This document shows, one piece after another, positions 41,279 to 54,324 of a stretch of DNA of 64,000 bases. Each line of letters opens with the position of its first letter. Position 1 is the stretch's first letter. The notes below the pieces were generated by a model. The model did no database searches and was not told the DNA's origin. It saw nothing but the letters and a program-made list of their open reading frames with translations. Position numbers and translations under genes: made by a program. The stretch lies in NCBI RefSeq assembly GCF_006345805.1, contig NC_042997.1, positions 165,044,001-165,108,000 on the forward strand. Direction: 5' to 3'. Origin of the DNA: Octopus sinensis (taxonomy: Eukaryota).

Positions 41279-41682
41279 ACGCAGTGTGGCTGTGTGGTAA
41301 GACGCTTGCTTCCCAGCCACATGGTTCCGAGTTCAGTCCCACTGCGTGGTATCTTGAACCAGTGCCTTCTACTATAGCCTCGAGCTGACTAAAGCCTTGT
41401 GGGAGGATTTGGTAGATGGAAACTGAAAGAAGCCCGTCGTATATGTATGTGTGTGTGTACGTGTGTATATATGTTTGTGTCTGTGTTTATCCAAGCACCG
41501 TCGCTTGACGACCTATGTTTGTGTGTTTATGACCCCCGTAACTTAGCGGTTCAGCAAAAGAGCCCGATAGAATAAATACTATGCTTACAAAGAATAAGTC
41601 TAGGGGTCGATTTGTTCGACTAAAGGCGGTGTTCTAGCATGGATGCAGTCAAATGACTGAAGCAAATAAAAAATAAAAGAAT
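41279..41682 (+). mobile_element. SINE family A
   Basis: Full head-to-tail homology to the other copies. Confidence 0.85.
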
Positions 41683-41703
41683 TTTTCGGACGAATTTTTT
41701 TGT

Positions 41704-41759
<56 letters not shown>

Positions 41760-42002
41760 ATTCTTCATTGACTATAAGGCCACCACATCTCTGTTTGCTT
41801 TCCTTTTCTAAGCACTACAGGTTTTTCATAGTTTTTTTCTCATCTTGTAACGGGATATGGCAGTAAATTTTTCTGGCATTTTTAGTAATACATTTGTAAA
41901 TGAAGATTCTTTGAATCGCTTACTTTGCTACTTCTGGAATTGCAAGTCATTCGGATTTCACTACGCAATGTTTACATGCATACATTTTAGCATCTACTAT
42001 TA

Positions 42003-42390
42003 GTTCGTCAGTCGTTGTCGACGATGGCCAAAGACATCACATGGGGAGAAGATAGGGCACTGTGTGTCCGGCTGTGGCTGATCAGTCCAATGAGGGCTGG
42101 GAAGTCTCTACTGATTGACGGATACTGGTGGTCTGCTGGGATTCAAGGCGAGGAGTTGACTCTGGACTTGCGTAGTTCACGCTTTCCTTGTACCCCTCAA
42201 TCTTTTTCTGTTCGTTGGGTGCAGCTTCGCCAGGCGGGGCGATCCTGCGCTAGTGTTTCCCAGGCTCCGAGGATGATATCAAAGCTCTTCAGGGAGGCTT
42301 TGAGTGTATCCTCGAAGCGCTTTTTCTGTCCACCTTGCGTGCGCTTGCTTTATGCTAGATCACTTGGGGAGTCGTGTGTCGAGCATTCGA
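42003..42390 (-). mobile_element. RTE LINE 3' end
   Basis: GGQKKRFEDTLKASLKSFDI...WETLAQDR.AWR...LIGLISHSRTH. Confidence 0.8.
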
Positions 42391-42586
42391 ACACGCACAC
42401 ATACACACACACACACACGCGCGCACATACACACACACATACGGAGTCAACTATGTCGCATACATGGTTTAAATTTCTCTTATGTACATGTGACAAATTC
42501 AAACCAAATATGCTGTTTAAATGATTATGGGAATTTTTAAAAATGCATTGTAATTGTCTTTATATTCGCGCGCGCGCGTGTGTATG

Positions 42587-42807
42587 TTCTTTATTCTTTC
42601 TTTTTTCTTTTACTTGTTTCAGTCATTTAACTGCGGTCATGCTGGAGCACCGCCTTTAGTCGAGCAAATCGACCCCAGGACTTATTCTTTGTATGCCTAG
42701 TACTTGTTCTATCGGTCTCTTTTTCCGAACCGCCAAGTTACGAGGACGTAAACACACCAGCATCAGTTGTCAAGCGATACTGAGGGGACAAACACGAACA
42801 CACACAG

Positions 42808-42888
<81 letters not shown>

Positions 42889-43052
42889 CGACGGGCTTCT
42901 TTCAGTTTCCATCTACCAAATCCACTCACATGGCTTTGATCAGCCCGAGGCTGTAGTAGAAGACACTCGTCCAAGGTGCCACGCAGTAGGACTGAACCCG
43001 GAACCGTGTGGTTGGTTATAAAGCTACTTACCACACAGCCACTCCCGCGCCT
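42587..43052 (-). mobile_element. SINE family A, full length
   Basis: Homology to the other copies. Confidence 0.85.
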
Positions 43053-43592
43053 CTGTGTGTGTGTGTGTACATACTAATGTATGTATGTATGTATGTATGT
43101 ATGTATGTATGTATGTATGTATGTATGTATATATATGTATGTATGTATGTATGTATAGCCCAACTTAAGGACTGAAAGCTCAACCAACTTTAGAACTTGG
43201 CAGCATTGAATAGTGCCTCAGGTACTATACTTTTTGTATAAATTACCTCACCATGCGTTTAACTTCAGACATTTGTAAAATAATGCAATAAAATGTTCTC
43301 CTGGTGAATATTCCATTAGAGTTAAGCATTCAAATGCACTTGAAACATCCACTGTAGAGTTCCCGTTAACTGCAATGGTGAAACGTGCGTAGGGACTAAA
43401 TATTTATATAGGTGTTTATCTTATTTTCGCAGAATATGCTTTCTATAGCATAATTAGTAATACCAGTAAGTAGAGTGGTAGTTTAACCACTGTACTGGAA
43501 GCCGAGAAGATTATGATAACCTACTTGAAGCTCCAACTCAATAGTAGTTGTCGCACATATAACTGTATACACAAAATATAGTTAGACAGATA

Positions 43593-43991
43593 TCTTTATA
43601 TATAAAAGTGAAGTTGTGTGTCTGTCTCCTACGATTTAGATTCCTAACTACTCCCACATTTTGCGGTGCAGTTTAACCAAAACCGGGTATCTTATAGTCG
43701 TGATTCATATCGAGCCCTTCTGGGTATTAGCGCGCGTCTACGATGAGTCTACGATTTTAAAAATAATTTACCATCATTTTTTTTCCATTTTAATGCATTT
43801 TTTCGCTATTATATAAGGAAAGTAACTCTCTAAAAATGTCTACGATGAGTCAACGATTTAAAAAAAATTTACCATAATTTTTTTCTATTTTTAATGCATT
43901 TTTTTTTGCTATTTTTTGGCTATAACTCTCTAAAAATGTTTATATAGTTATTTCCCTTACAAACACGAGCAACGCCGGGCGATACTGCTAG
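43593..43991 (+). mobile_element. Non-autonomous Helitron
   Basis: A|TC start (tctttatatataaaag), subterminal hairpin, CTAG|T end, no TSD. Internal duplication of the gtctacgatgagtc block relative to 15198-15499. Confidence 0.85.
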
Positions 43992-44938
43992 TAGGTATAT
44001 AGTTTGTGTTTCAGCGTGTGTCTTGGTAATATGTCGACAAGTTTTAAAAACTTATTTTACTGCACCCCTTTATGTCCCATGGCATAGCAGATCAACTTCT
44101 ATTTCGATAAAGTACCAGATTGAGTAAATGATGGAGTCTATATGATCAACTAAAAGCCTTATAAGCGGTAGTGGCCCAGCATGGCCGCAATCCAATTACT
44201 GTAATCTCTAAGCGAATTATACTATATTTATTGTTTATCCATTTGTTTTTACATTAATAACTACTGAATATTGCAGTATTTAGGGTGATAGCAAGAAACA
44301 CATGTTGCTAATGAATATTTCATTTAGATATGATTTGGCATTATTTTTTTGTTTTTACTTCCTCTATCAACCAAGATCGTTGACCTTATCTGAACCTCAA
44401 CTAGAATTGTGTAAATGCATTTACAATGGTGTTTGATAAAAGTAGAAAAAAATTATGGCTGTGTAAACAACAGCAAACATTGTGATTGTTAACAAATATA
44501 TAGTTTAATTTCCTTCGCATAATCCATCAATTAGAATATAAAACGTTTCATTGTAACGTGACAAGCTAAATTAGGAAATTACGAAAAGAAAACCCAACAA
44601 AAAACTAACTAAACAACTAAACTGTGACTTGTAGAGTCGGGGAACAGAAGGCAGAAAAGGAGAGAATGAAAGGAAGACAGAGAAAGAGAGAGAGAGAGAG
44701 AGGGAGGGAGAGAGAGAGAGAGAGAGAGAGAGTGAGAGAGAAAGAAAGAAAGAGACATGACCCTCAATTTAAAGTAGCAATAAGATGTACATTTGTTGAA
44801 ATGCATCAATGGAAAGATAGGAGATATGAACATGTATCTTCTAGTTACATGTGTATATGTATATAAGTGTGTATATATTATATATTACATAGATCTATGT
44901 ATAAGTGTATATATATATATATATGTATATATATATAC

Positions 44939-44969
<31 letters not shown>

Positions 44970-47139
44970 TGAATATATTCATACACACGCAAATAAATAT
45001 ATGTTTTCATGGCTCTAAGTATTTTCTAGTTAGTTATTGAGCACTCTCAGTCAGACGATTTAATATCCACTTACTGCATTTCATGTGAGCCTAATTGACA
45101 TCTAAATTACTCGTAGATATTTTATACTTAATATATTTCGTAGTTGAGTTCTCATGAAGCGGAATATGTTTTCGAAACCAGAAGTAAGATAATTAGAATG
45201 AAATAGCTAAAGCTGATAGGAAATACATCTGGGAACTATAATATTTCTTAGTGTGATTATTACAGTTCTGAAAAGAACTGTAATACAACGTATCTACTAT
45301 AGTTAAAATAAGTGGCTAGAAAGCCACAAATTCTGAAAGTATAATCAATCAAATCGAACAAACTACATGTCTTTAGTAATGTTATCGATCCTGTAACAGT
45401 GACAGGTAAAGCCAGTTTCGTTTGGATTTGAACTCAGTTACAACTGAAGTAATTCGACCAAGGGAACAAATTCGTGAATGGTTTTACGCTATGAATCAAT
45501 GCATCAAAAATGATTTCGAATGTGTTTAGCGCTATTTTCATTGCATAAAGACAAACTGAGTGGAAGTTTCACGTTTAAAGATTTTGAAGTTATAAAAAAA
45601 TGTTTTGTTGTTTGGTGAGCAGGAGAAAGTACCCATTCTAGCCATGTTACCCTTTTCTTTTAGAAGCTCTCTTACACTGACAAAATTGATGATGTTTACA
45701 TTGAGGAGGTAACAATATCTTATACAGGCCCTCCTAGATGGTGACATTAATTACAGTGATGTTGAGAAAGTGCCCTTGGTCCTCACAGACCCTCCAAGAA
45801 TGGTGAGATCGATGATGAGTGCAGGAAAAGTTGGACAGAAAGTTGAATTTCGTGGAGGACGGATTGGATAAAGTAATTAGTTTGGAGTCTAAGAGGGCGA
45901 AATACAGTAAGAGTGACAAGTGATGAGGCTACTGTGTCAAGAGGAATTGTATAGGGGTAGTTTGCAACTATTTAGCTCAGAAGATGCTGTTGCATTGGTT
46001 AAATGAGTATAGTCCGTACTGTTGGTATAGTCTATAGAATGGGCATATTCTATACATGCACTCACTCCAGGCAATGGCTATAGGCTGTGTTATTGAGTCA
46101 TTATTGATCAGTCCAATTATCGTGGATGCAGTCGAAAATGTTGTTGTTTAGCCTTCCCAGTCAAGTGAATATATGATTTAAATCCTGTCAGAGTATGATT
46201 CCATCAGTAATCATTCTAACTTGAAAAAATAAGTGATCATCTATGTTGTCACTCGTCTATCCAGAAACAGAGTTAAATCTTTATCAAATATCACCCTACC
46301 TACTTAAAAAAAGAACGCAGTGGTTAATGTAATCCTGAGTTCCTTGTACATATTAAAAGATCGAATAGTCATGGCTAGAATGCTTTGATCACAGGTCTGC
46401 TTGGCCAGGGCTGACCTGAAGCTAGACAATAACAATTTTTCTTCATAGTCTTATGTATCACAGGACTACATTATCCAATGTGACCTTCCACGTTTTAAAA
46501 GATTAATATGAGACAGGTTTGGTTGCTATTTCTGAAAGGTAGATTGACCACGGCATTTTATGTGCGTGGCTGTAGCACCATACTGGATGCACGAAGAGTA
46601 TTTCTTTGTGAGTCATACATGAACTTTGTCGCGGTTTAATAGTTAATCATGCATTTTTAATTACACTCAGTTCAAATTTTCATTTAAAATTATGTGTTAG
46701 CTCAGCTGATTTAAAGCAATTTAGTTATAACCAAAACCAAAACCATTGTATGCTCCTTACAATTGAACAGAAATATAACCACAATTAACAATTTGTAATT
46801 TAGTAATTGGTGAGGTTTACTTTGGTAGTTTCTCTTAAGTGACAACCCATGACAGAGATTAAGAACTACATTTACTTTGTAAATACACAGCTGCATTTAA
46901 GAGATTGGAAGAGACATCAAGTTGTTGATTATGGTTTGCGTTTACATGCTGATAACATATTTAATCAATAAAATTTAATCAATAAAACACGAAATTTAAT
47001 CAATAAACACTTCTTCAAAACACCTCTCTATCACAACCCATCCTACAACCTAATTACCATTCCACGCAAATCCACATACAAAAGAAAGATTTTGATTCAA
47101 AAGAGACTGTATGATGCCGAGATTAATTTCATTGCATTG

Positions 47140-47182
47140 CAGTCCGACGATGGTTTAGCTGGCCGAAACTTCTAAGCCACTG
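47140..47182 (+). ncRNA. Decayed hammerhead-like motif (CCGA core)
   Basis: CAGU-CCGACGA-U-GGUU(UAGCU)GGCC-GAAAC-UUCUAA-GCC^ACUG. Stem I CAGU/ACUG. Cleavage triplet mutated to GCC. Confidence 0.5.
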
Positions 47183-47284
47183 ACAATAATATTTTTGTTT
47201 AAGAATGATAAATTTGTATTCTATGAAAGTATAGAGTAACCCATCAGATTAGTGTGGAATTGTTTTTATTATAACTAAACATAA

Positions 47285-47975
47285 AAACATGCTCCACCGT
47301 CTATCTTCCGTTGCAGAGCAGATAAGAGGGGTCCTCAGAATTCCCCCATTTGACCAGGTTGGCATTTGAGGGCAGGAGGTCATACATTGATCTGAGAATG
47401 AAGCTGATCCTGAGTGGAGCCATGTGCCACAGGTCGTTCCAGTTCAGGCCTCTTTTGGAGAGCACTTTCCCATGTTGTTCATTGTCCCTGCTGACTTTGT
47501 TGCACTGCCTTCCTTTGTCCTCCTCTTCCCTGATCTCTCGGATCACCAAGTCTCTCTTTGCTTTTCCTTTGGTCTTGGACCACCATTCTATTTTAGAGGA
47601 CCCTAGGTCTTGTCTGTTGGTTTGAATGTGCCCAATGATCTCTCTCGTCCTTAGGCTCTCCTTAGCTACCTCTACAGCTTCCTTCACTTTCCACTTCCTG
47701 CGTGTTTTCAGCTCGGGTTGGAAAGATCTCGCGATCAGGTCTGTTGAATCTTCAAGCATGCTGAGGAGTCTGGCTTTCCTTGCCTTATACTCTTCCAGGA
47801 TTGACGTCAAAGGAAGCTTCAGCTTTGCCTGGCGACAGTAGAGTGTGATGTCTGTGAGACTGGCTGTGACACCAAGCCATTTCCTTGTATGCTTGTTAAT
47901 TTTTTTTGCTTCCATGGTTTCCACTGTGCTCGAGAAATTGTCGTATTGTTTGCTTAAGATTTTGTCGACTACACA
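47285..47975 (-). mobile_element. HERO-like RLE non-LTR retrotransposon fragment
   Basis: ORF 47301-48029: RKWLGV..SL...LY, LPLTSILEEYK, RKWKV..AV, LNWNDLWHMAPLRISFILRSMYDLLPSNANLVKWG..EDPS.LLC. Confidence 0.75.
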
Positions 47976-48029
47976 GTATAGCAGGGTCAGTTGGGCACCG
48001 TCTGTGGGAAAAACAGCACCATGACGCAA

Positions 48030-48755
48030 TTCATTCTACCAGAAATTTGGAAATGATATGCTGTACTACTTGGCATCCGCGCCGTAAGTTCCAATACGAA
48101 CATTTTAGAGTGTTTGGATGTCAATCTGAGGACATGTACCGAGAGTGATAAAAATGAAACATCCAATCAGCATCATGGTGTTTGGAGTGTTCACTAGTGA
48201 TGGCTACGTTATGCCTCCATTCATCTTCCTTCAGACTCAACACGGAGACCTACATCAAGTTCCTGGAGGAGGTAGTGCTGCCCTGGGTTAAAAGGATGGC
48301 TACTGGAAGAGCCTATGTCTGGTAAAAGGACTCTGTACTATGCCACACAAGCAGGAGAACTCAGTCATGGTTGTCAAACAATTTCTGCGTCCACATCATT
48401 CCTAGCATCTTGCCACCTACCTCCCCAGACTGCAATCCCCTTGATTATTATGCGTAGGGCTCAGCTGAATGAGAAGCCGACAAAACTCCTTGTGACACCA
48501 AAGATGAACTGAAGGCAAGGAGTAGGGCAGCATTCACCAACTTAAAGAAGGAGACCGTCCAGAAGAGTTGCAGGGGATTCTGAAGTCGTCTGGAGGTCGT
48601 GGTTGAAGCCAATGGCGATTTTATTGAATGAATTTAGTCTTTAGTATTTCAAAATATTTTTGTGTAATCTTGATAAATATATCTATTAAAATGAGACGTC
48701 AGTGTTATTTCCATTTTTCTGTAATTAAGACGGCAATACCTTCACCGCACACTAT
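48030..48755 (+). mobile_element. Tc1/mariner D,D37D (maT-like) transposase relic
   Basis: KHPISIMVFGVFTSDG...VVLPWVK...YVW*KD-(37 aa)-D ending SPDCNPLDY. Spacing counted by hand. Confidence 0.8.
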
Positions 48756-48828
48756 ATATATATTCTTTTGCTCTTTTACTCTCTTTTACTTGTTTCCCTC
48801 CTTTAACTGCAGCCATGCTAGAGCACCA

Positions 48829-48867
<39 letters not shown>

Positions 48868-48987
48868 AGAGACAGAGAGGGGAAACAGTGAAAAAACGTC
48901 GCTTTCTATCTATCTGCCTCTCTATCTATGTAAATAGATAGATAGGTAGATAGACACATAAACAGCCAAGAAGAGAGATAGAAACAG

Positions 48988-49065
<78 letters not shown>

Positions 49066-50043
49066 GGAAATATATGTAGCATTTTTAAGGCTTAAAGTCT
49101 TAAAATGTAGACATTAAAGCTCAATAATTTAGTTCCACAAATACGTCCCTCAGTGTTAAAATAACACACATGATTACAACTTTCCAACTCAGTTTAAACC
49201 TACTTTGCTGTTGTTTGTTTAAGACAGCACTAAAGTTTGGACTAGCCTCAGTAACGCAAAGAAGCATAAACTGTTACTCTATAAAGTCTTTTAGAAACGT
49301 CTGTTTGGCTTCCCATCTAAACACCGACTTCCATCTAAACTGGCCGGAGCCAAACAATTCTCCAACGGTAAATAACAAAATTTTTATCATTCATTGATTT
49401 TCTCCTGAAAGCCGCATTCTCGGTGTATTTAGATTGCGCCTGCATTTAATCATCGCTGTATATAATAATGAACTACTCTGAACCTAACTCATTTATTGAA
49501 TCCTCTTACACAAAACCGTATGTACTTGAATACGTATAGCGTTACATTATGCTAGCTAACGTGTGAATAGAGTATATATTGACAAGTAAATGTCGAAGAT
49601 TTATTTAAAGAAACCTTGAAGCGATTTGTAGCTCACAGTAAAATAGACAGAACAATAAAAAGCAAATTGTGCAGTCCGATAGAAATTTTTGTTCGAGATG
49701 AGAAAATAACTGTATGCGTACTGAGAATAAATGTGAAATGGAATTCACCTCTGAAATGCTCTGAAATAATCTGAAAAATGATAGTTTTAACAAATATTTC
49801 TTTATTGCTTAAGATTGAAACATAAGAATACAAGAATACAAGAATATCATATGAATAGCTGGATTACACCTAGGCTTAATATTTTACCATTTAAATACTT
49901 AACAGGTGCACTGAGATAGTTAATGCGTGAATGGATTCTAAAATGCTATTCCAGTTAAAATTAAATACTGATGAAAATGCACTTGTCATTCCATTTACAA
50001 CCGGTTCTCATTATGCAGGATATGGAAGATGTTCATTCGCACA

Positions 50044-50117
<74 letters not shown>

Positions 50118-50120
<3 letters not shown>

Positions 50121-50320
50121 TACATACATACATTCTCATTTGTACCTATCATCATAGGTGCATTAGGTTATGTACCAACAAATTTGCACAAAATCCTAGG
50201 AATGTTCGGTTTCGCAGTGAAAGAGCAAAAGAAACGGTCGCAGATTCCCCAAATCCAATCCATAAGTGGTACAGTGAAGATCTGTAAGGCATTCCAAAAA
50301 TTTTTCATGCGAAATTCTTA
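50118..50320 (+). mobile_element. RLE LINE 3' end (second family)
   Basis: TFSFVPIIIGALGYVPTNL...SISGTVKICKAF. Confidence 0.7.
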
Positions 50321-50641
50321 AGTGAATAGATGCACACACTTGAGTGTATGCATCGATAGTTCAACCAACCCACCAACTCAACCACATATTTACAAACACC
50401 GGGAACTCTCTTTACTCAAAAAGTCTTGTTATGTTAGTGAGCTGTTTGAACTTTCTCAAGTAGAATTTAAGTAAAACTCATACATGTAACTCTCCACCTT
50501 AGATGAAGTGGTTTCTGCAACGGGAACAAGATAGGGCTGACACCAGCAGAAACGACAAAGATGTAATTGGGATATTAGAATCAAAACATATTCAGAGTGT
50601 TGTTATATTTCGGGACGGTCATTTTTTTCTTGCCAAATAAA

Positions 50642-50859
50642 CACACGCACTATATATTCGTTCTTCACTCTTTTATTACTGTTCTTATTTTATCGTATGT
50701 CCATTGTCTGAAAATCATTCGTCACCTCTTCAGCGATTCTTTCACTCAACATGTCCTTGAAGAAGTCACAGATGCGTTACGAAAGATTTTAGATAATAGA
50801 CTTAAGATAAAATAAGAACAATAATAAACGAGTGAAGAACGAATATATAGTGCGTGTGT
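50642..50859. mobile_element. MITE-like element with ~53-bp inverted repeats
   Basis: cacacgcactatatattcgttcttcactc...tatc (50642-50694) versus gata...gagtgaagaacgaatatatagtgcgtgtg (50806-50859). Confidence 0.65.
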
Positions 50860-51649
50860 AACTTCGCATATCAGATACCAGTGGGTTTCAGGGTTCATCA
50901 AGAGAAAATGCGCACCGTTTCGGGGTCCTTCCACCTGACGGTTTTAGAGCGCACAGGCCCACCTTACTGATGCGAGGCCCCCACCTACTATTTCGACTAA
51001 TATTCGATCTTAAGTTCATTTTGGGATCATCATCTCTTCAATCAAGTGTCATTTCTTTGTAGCCATATCCAATGGTTGGCTCTCCCAACTGTCACTTGGA
51101 TCTCTTTCAACATGGCGTTTGCTTACCGGTGTTGGACACCAATTGATAGCAGCCACCGTCTCAGTCTGGTTCTAAAAAAAGACCCTATATCCAACTTCTT
51201 CGGGGAAGTTCCGTACTCCAACTAGCAACTATAATCTTCTAGTAGTTTCTCATAACACACTCTAATGAACTCCGAACTATCGATGCTAATTGGGAATGTA
51301 GCAATGGAATCCAAAGAAGAATGAATATAATTTTTTTTTTAATTCAGAACTTATCTCATTACATTGTTTTGTTGTAAGGCTTTTAATTTTGCGATCTTTT
51401 TTCGCTGGCCATTAAACTTGTCGAAATAGAGTAGGCACTACTTATGTATGTCATTATTCAGTTTTATTTCTGGAGTTCTTGCCAATAGAAAAAGAACCGG
51501 TTTCTAACCTAGATCCAAGTCTCCTTCACTGTAATTTCAACATGAACAACAGGGAATATTTGCTTGTATGTATGTATGTATGTATGTATGTATGTATGTA
51601 TGTATGTATGTATGTATGTGTGCAGATTTCTATGTTTTGTTTTACGTAT

Positions 51650-52555
51650 GTATTCTCATGTATTGATTTCTTTTTCTGAAAACCCTATCTTTTCCCGGTT
51701 GTCACTTAGGCGTTTACACACAAAATCAAGCACACCAATTATTACTGGTATAAATGTGAATGTATAAACTGGATACAGAAGCTCGATTTGCTGAAGCAGT
51801 TGTGCACAATTATCATCTTCCTCACTGATTTTCAAAGAGATATTCACATCAGTAGGACAGTTGATCTCTATGACGGTACATAGTTTTTTCTTCTAAGTCC
51901 CTAACAGCAATATCTAGCCTATGTTTACACTCGATAGAATTTTTTGATGGATATGTTCCACCAATATTCCTTGTGATGATATTTGTGCATGTATTCAATA
52001 ACAGAGGAATTTCTTTCCAAGACATTCTCTTTTTTACGAATAGCATTGTATTTTGTGTTTGCGACAATGTTGTGTCGCATAGGAGGTACTACTTCGATGA
52101 TATTTTTGGGCAGCTACTAACCACGTGTCTGATGACTTCCACTGAAATATGACATAATCTACATTTTCGATTGCATCTTGGAGCTCCAAGATCTTCATTG
52201 TCTCTTTTGTTTACTAGGTATTTCATAGCAATCTCCAGTTCTTGAACTGCAAATGCTTTGTTTTTGAAGTGCGGTGTGACGTAACAGTCACGAGTCCAAG
52301 AGAGGTTTAGCTTCATTTTGATATTACTCTTTACTCTTTACTCTTTTACTTGTTTCAGTCATTTGACAGCGGCCATGCTGGAGCACCGCCTTTAGTCGAG
52401 CAAATCGACCCCGGGACTTATTCTTTGTAAGCCCAGTACTTATTCTATCGGTCTCTTTTGCCGAACCGCTAAGTGACGGGGACGTAAACACACCAGCATC
52501 GGGTGTCAAGCAATGCTAGGGGGACAAACACAGATACACAAACACCTACACACAA

Positions 52556-52644
<89 letters not shown>

Positions 52645-52860
52645 CATATATACGACAGGCTTCTTTACTGTTTTCTTCAAGTTTTCGGGAAACATGCCCA
52701 TTCATAGTCTTTTTTTTTTCTTTTGCTATGCTGAACGTTTCACATTCAGATATTCTTTGAGATATGTCCGGCTGTTTTGGAGTTGTATGGGCGGTCATCA
52801 GGAATAGAGTGTTTCCTGACGAGTTCGCTACCGACACATAGGATGTCGTTCTCTTCATTT
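51650..52860 (-). mobile_element. RLE LINE fragment (second family) interrupted by a SINE
   Basis: AFAVQELEI, CRLCHISVEVIRHVVSSCPK, RHN, HRLDIAVRD, YTFTFIPVIIGVL. Confidence 0.75.
52324..52645 (-). mobile_element. SINE family A 3' half inserted in a LINE
   Basis: Homology to the other copies. Confidence 0.85.
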
Positions 52861-53165
52861 TTGAACTCTTAGTTAATGTATTTATTTTTGCTGTTGTTGT
52901 TGTTTAGGAAGTGCTGTCTGCAAGAAACTATTCGGCGTATGGAGGCTTTTTGCCCTGGTGTATGTTTGCATGTATGTATGTATGTATGTGTATGTATGTA
53001 TGTATGTATGTATGTATGTATGTATGCATGCATGCATTCATGCATGCATGCATGTATGCATGCATGTATGTATGTATGTATGTGTGTATGTATGTATGTA
53101 TGTATGTATGTATGTATGTATGTACGTACGTGTGTATGTATCTATGTACGTATGCATGCCTAGTA

Positions 53166-53440
53166 GAGGCACATAGCCAAGTGGTTAGAGCAGCGGACTC
53201 GCAGGTTCGAATCTCAGACCGAGCGATATGTGTGTTTATGAGCGAAACACCTAAGCTCCACGCGGCTCCGGCAGAAGGTAATGGCGAACTTCTGCTGACT
53301 ATTTCGCTACAATTTTCTCTCACTCTTTCCTCCTGCATCCTGCGACAGACCGGTGTCCCGCCCAGGTGGAGAACCTATACGCCAAGGAAACGGGAAACCG
53401 ACCCTTATGAGCCAGACATGGCTTCGAAAAGGAACAAACA
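53166..53440 (+). mobile_element. SINE family C1
   Basis: gaggcacatagccaagtggttagagc...ggttcgaatc...aaacacctaagctccacg. Confidence 0.7.
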
Positions 53441-53522
53441 TAAAAAAACACATGCATGCCTGCATGTATGTATGTATGCAGGTATGTATGTATGCAGGTA
53501 TGTCTTCTCTTTCTCTTTTTAT

Positions 53523-53757
53523 CTAGAGTAAATTTTGACCACCCACCGATATCCTAGATATCCTGATCATTTGTAGCATATGAATTAAGGATTTGCATTC
53601 TCTCCTCAAGATCCCAAGTTCAGCCATACTTTGGTCCAGGCTGGTTGGTATGTATCCTGTTGCTCCAATGATAATGAATATGAAACTGAAAGCATATCTT
53701 GGGTACTGGAAATCCAAATTCCTTATCAATGGTCCATAGATGTCGTCTTTCTCCTGC
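53523..53757 (-). mobile_element. RLE LINE 3' fragment (second family)
   Basis: EKDDIYGPLIRNL..YPRYAFSFIFIIIGATGYIP. Confidence 0.7.
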
Positions 53758-53816
<59 letters not shown>

Positions 53817-53902
53817 TTCGAGACAAAACCACTATTTTGCAAAACAAAGAAGGAAAGACTTAATCAATACATAAAAAAATTTTAATATAAAGAAATAAAC
53901 CG

Positions 53903-53945
53903 CCACTACAATCGTTTCATGTCTTCAATGACATTCGTCAGGTGG
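53903..53945 (-). ncRNA. Minimal type I hammerhead ribozyme, intact
   Basis: Exact reverse complement of 54006-54048. Confidence 0.85.
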
Positions 53946-54005
53946 ATTTTCGATCTCCTAATCTGTTTTAATTTATGAATTAAAACAGATTAGGAGATCG
54001 AAAAT

Positions 54006-54048
54006 CCACCTGACGAATGTCATTGAAGACATGAAACGATTGTAGTGG
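54006..54048 (+). ncRNA. Minimal type I hammerhead ribozyme, intact
   Basis: CCAC-CUGACGA-AUGUC(AUUGAA)GACAU-GAAAC-GAUU-GUA^GUGG. Canonical core, 4-bp stem I, 5-bp stem II, self-complementary ACGAUUGU stem III. Predicted cleavage after 54044. Confidence 0.85.
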
Positions 54049-54324
54049 CGGTTTATTTCTTTATATTAAAATTTTTTATGTATTGATTAAGTCTTTCCTT
54101 GTTTGTTTTGCAAAATAGTGGTTTTGTCTCGAATTAATATTTTTTTTTTTTTTTACTTGTTTCAGTCATTTGACTGCGGCCATACTGGAGCACCGCCTTT
54201 AATATTATATAATATTTTACTATAAAATTGGATTTAATCCTAAATCTGATTTTTTCCCTGTAAATTTGGATTTATTCCCTAATATTTATTATTATATATA
54301 TATATATTATATATATATATATAT

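Larger units (their letters stand above)
53809..54295 (+). mobile_element. Hammerhead-bearing fold-back (inverted pLTR pair) in (TA)n
   Basis: ~165-bp arms around a 4-nt centre (53974-53977). The right unit continues, after a 50-bp SINE A tip at about 54150-54200, into a tail matching ~30450-30540 and then (TA)n. Confidence 0.88.

Noticed and set aside
45148-45192. CUCAUGA...GAAAC...GUA motif
   Set aside because: Core mutation plus weak stems I and II. Not distinguishable from chance.
46960-47010. Triple atttaatcaataaa repeat
   Set aside because: Short AT-rich slippage repeat with no spacer structure, so not a CRISPR-like array.
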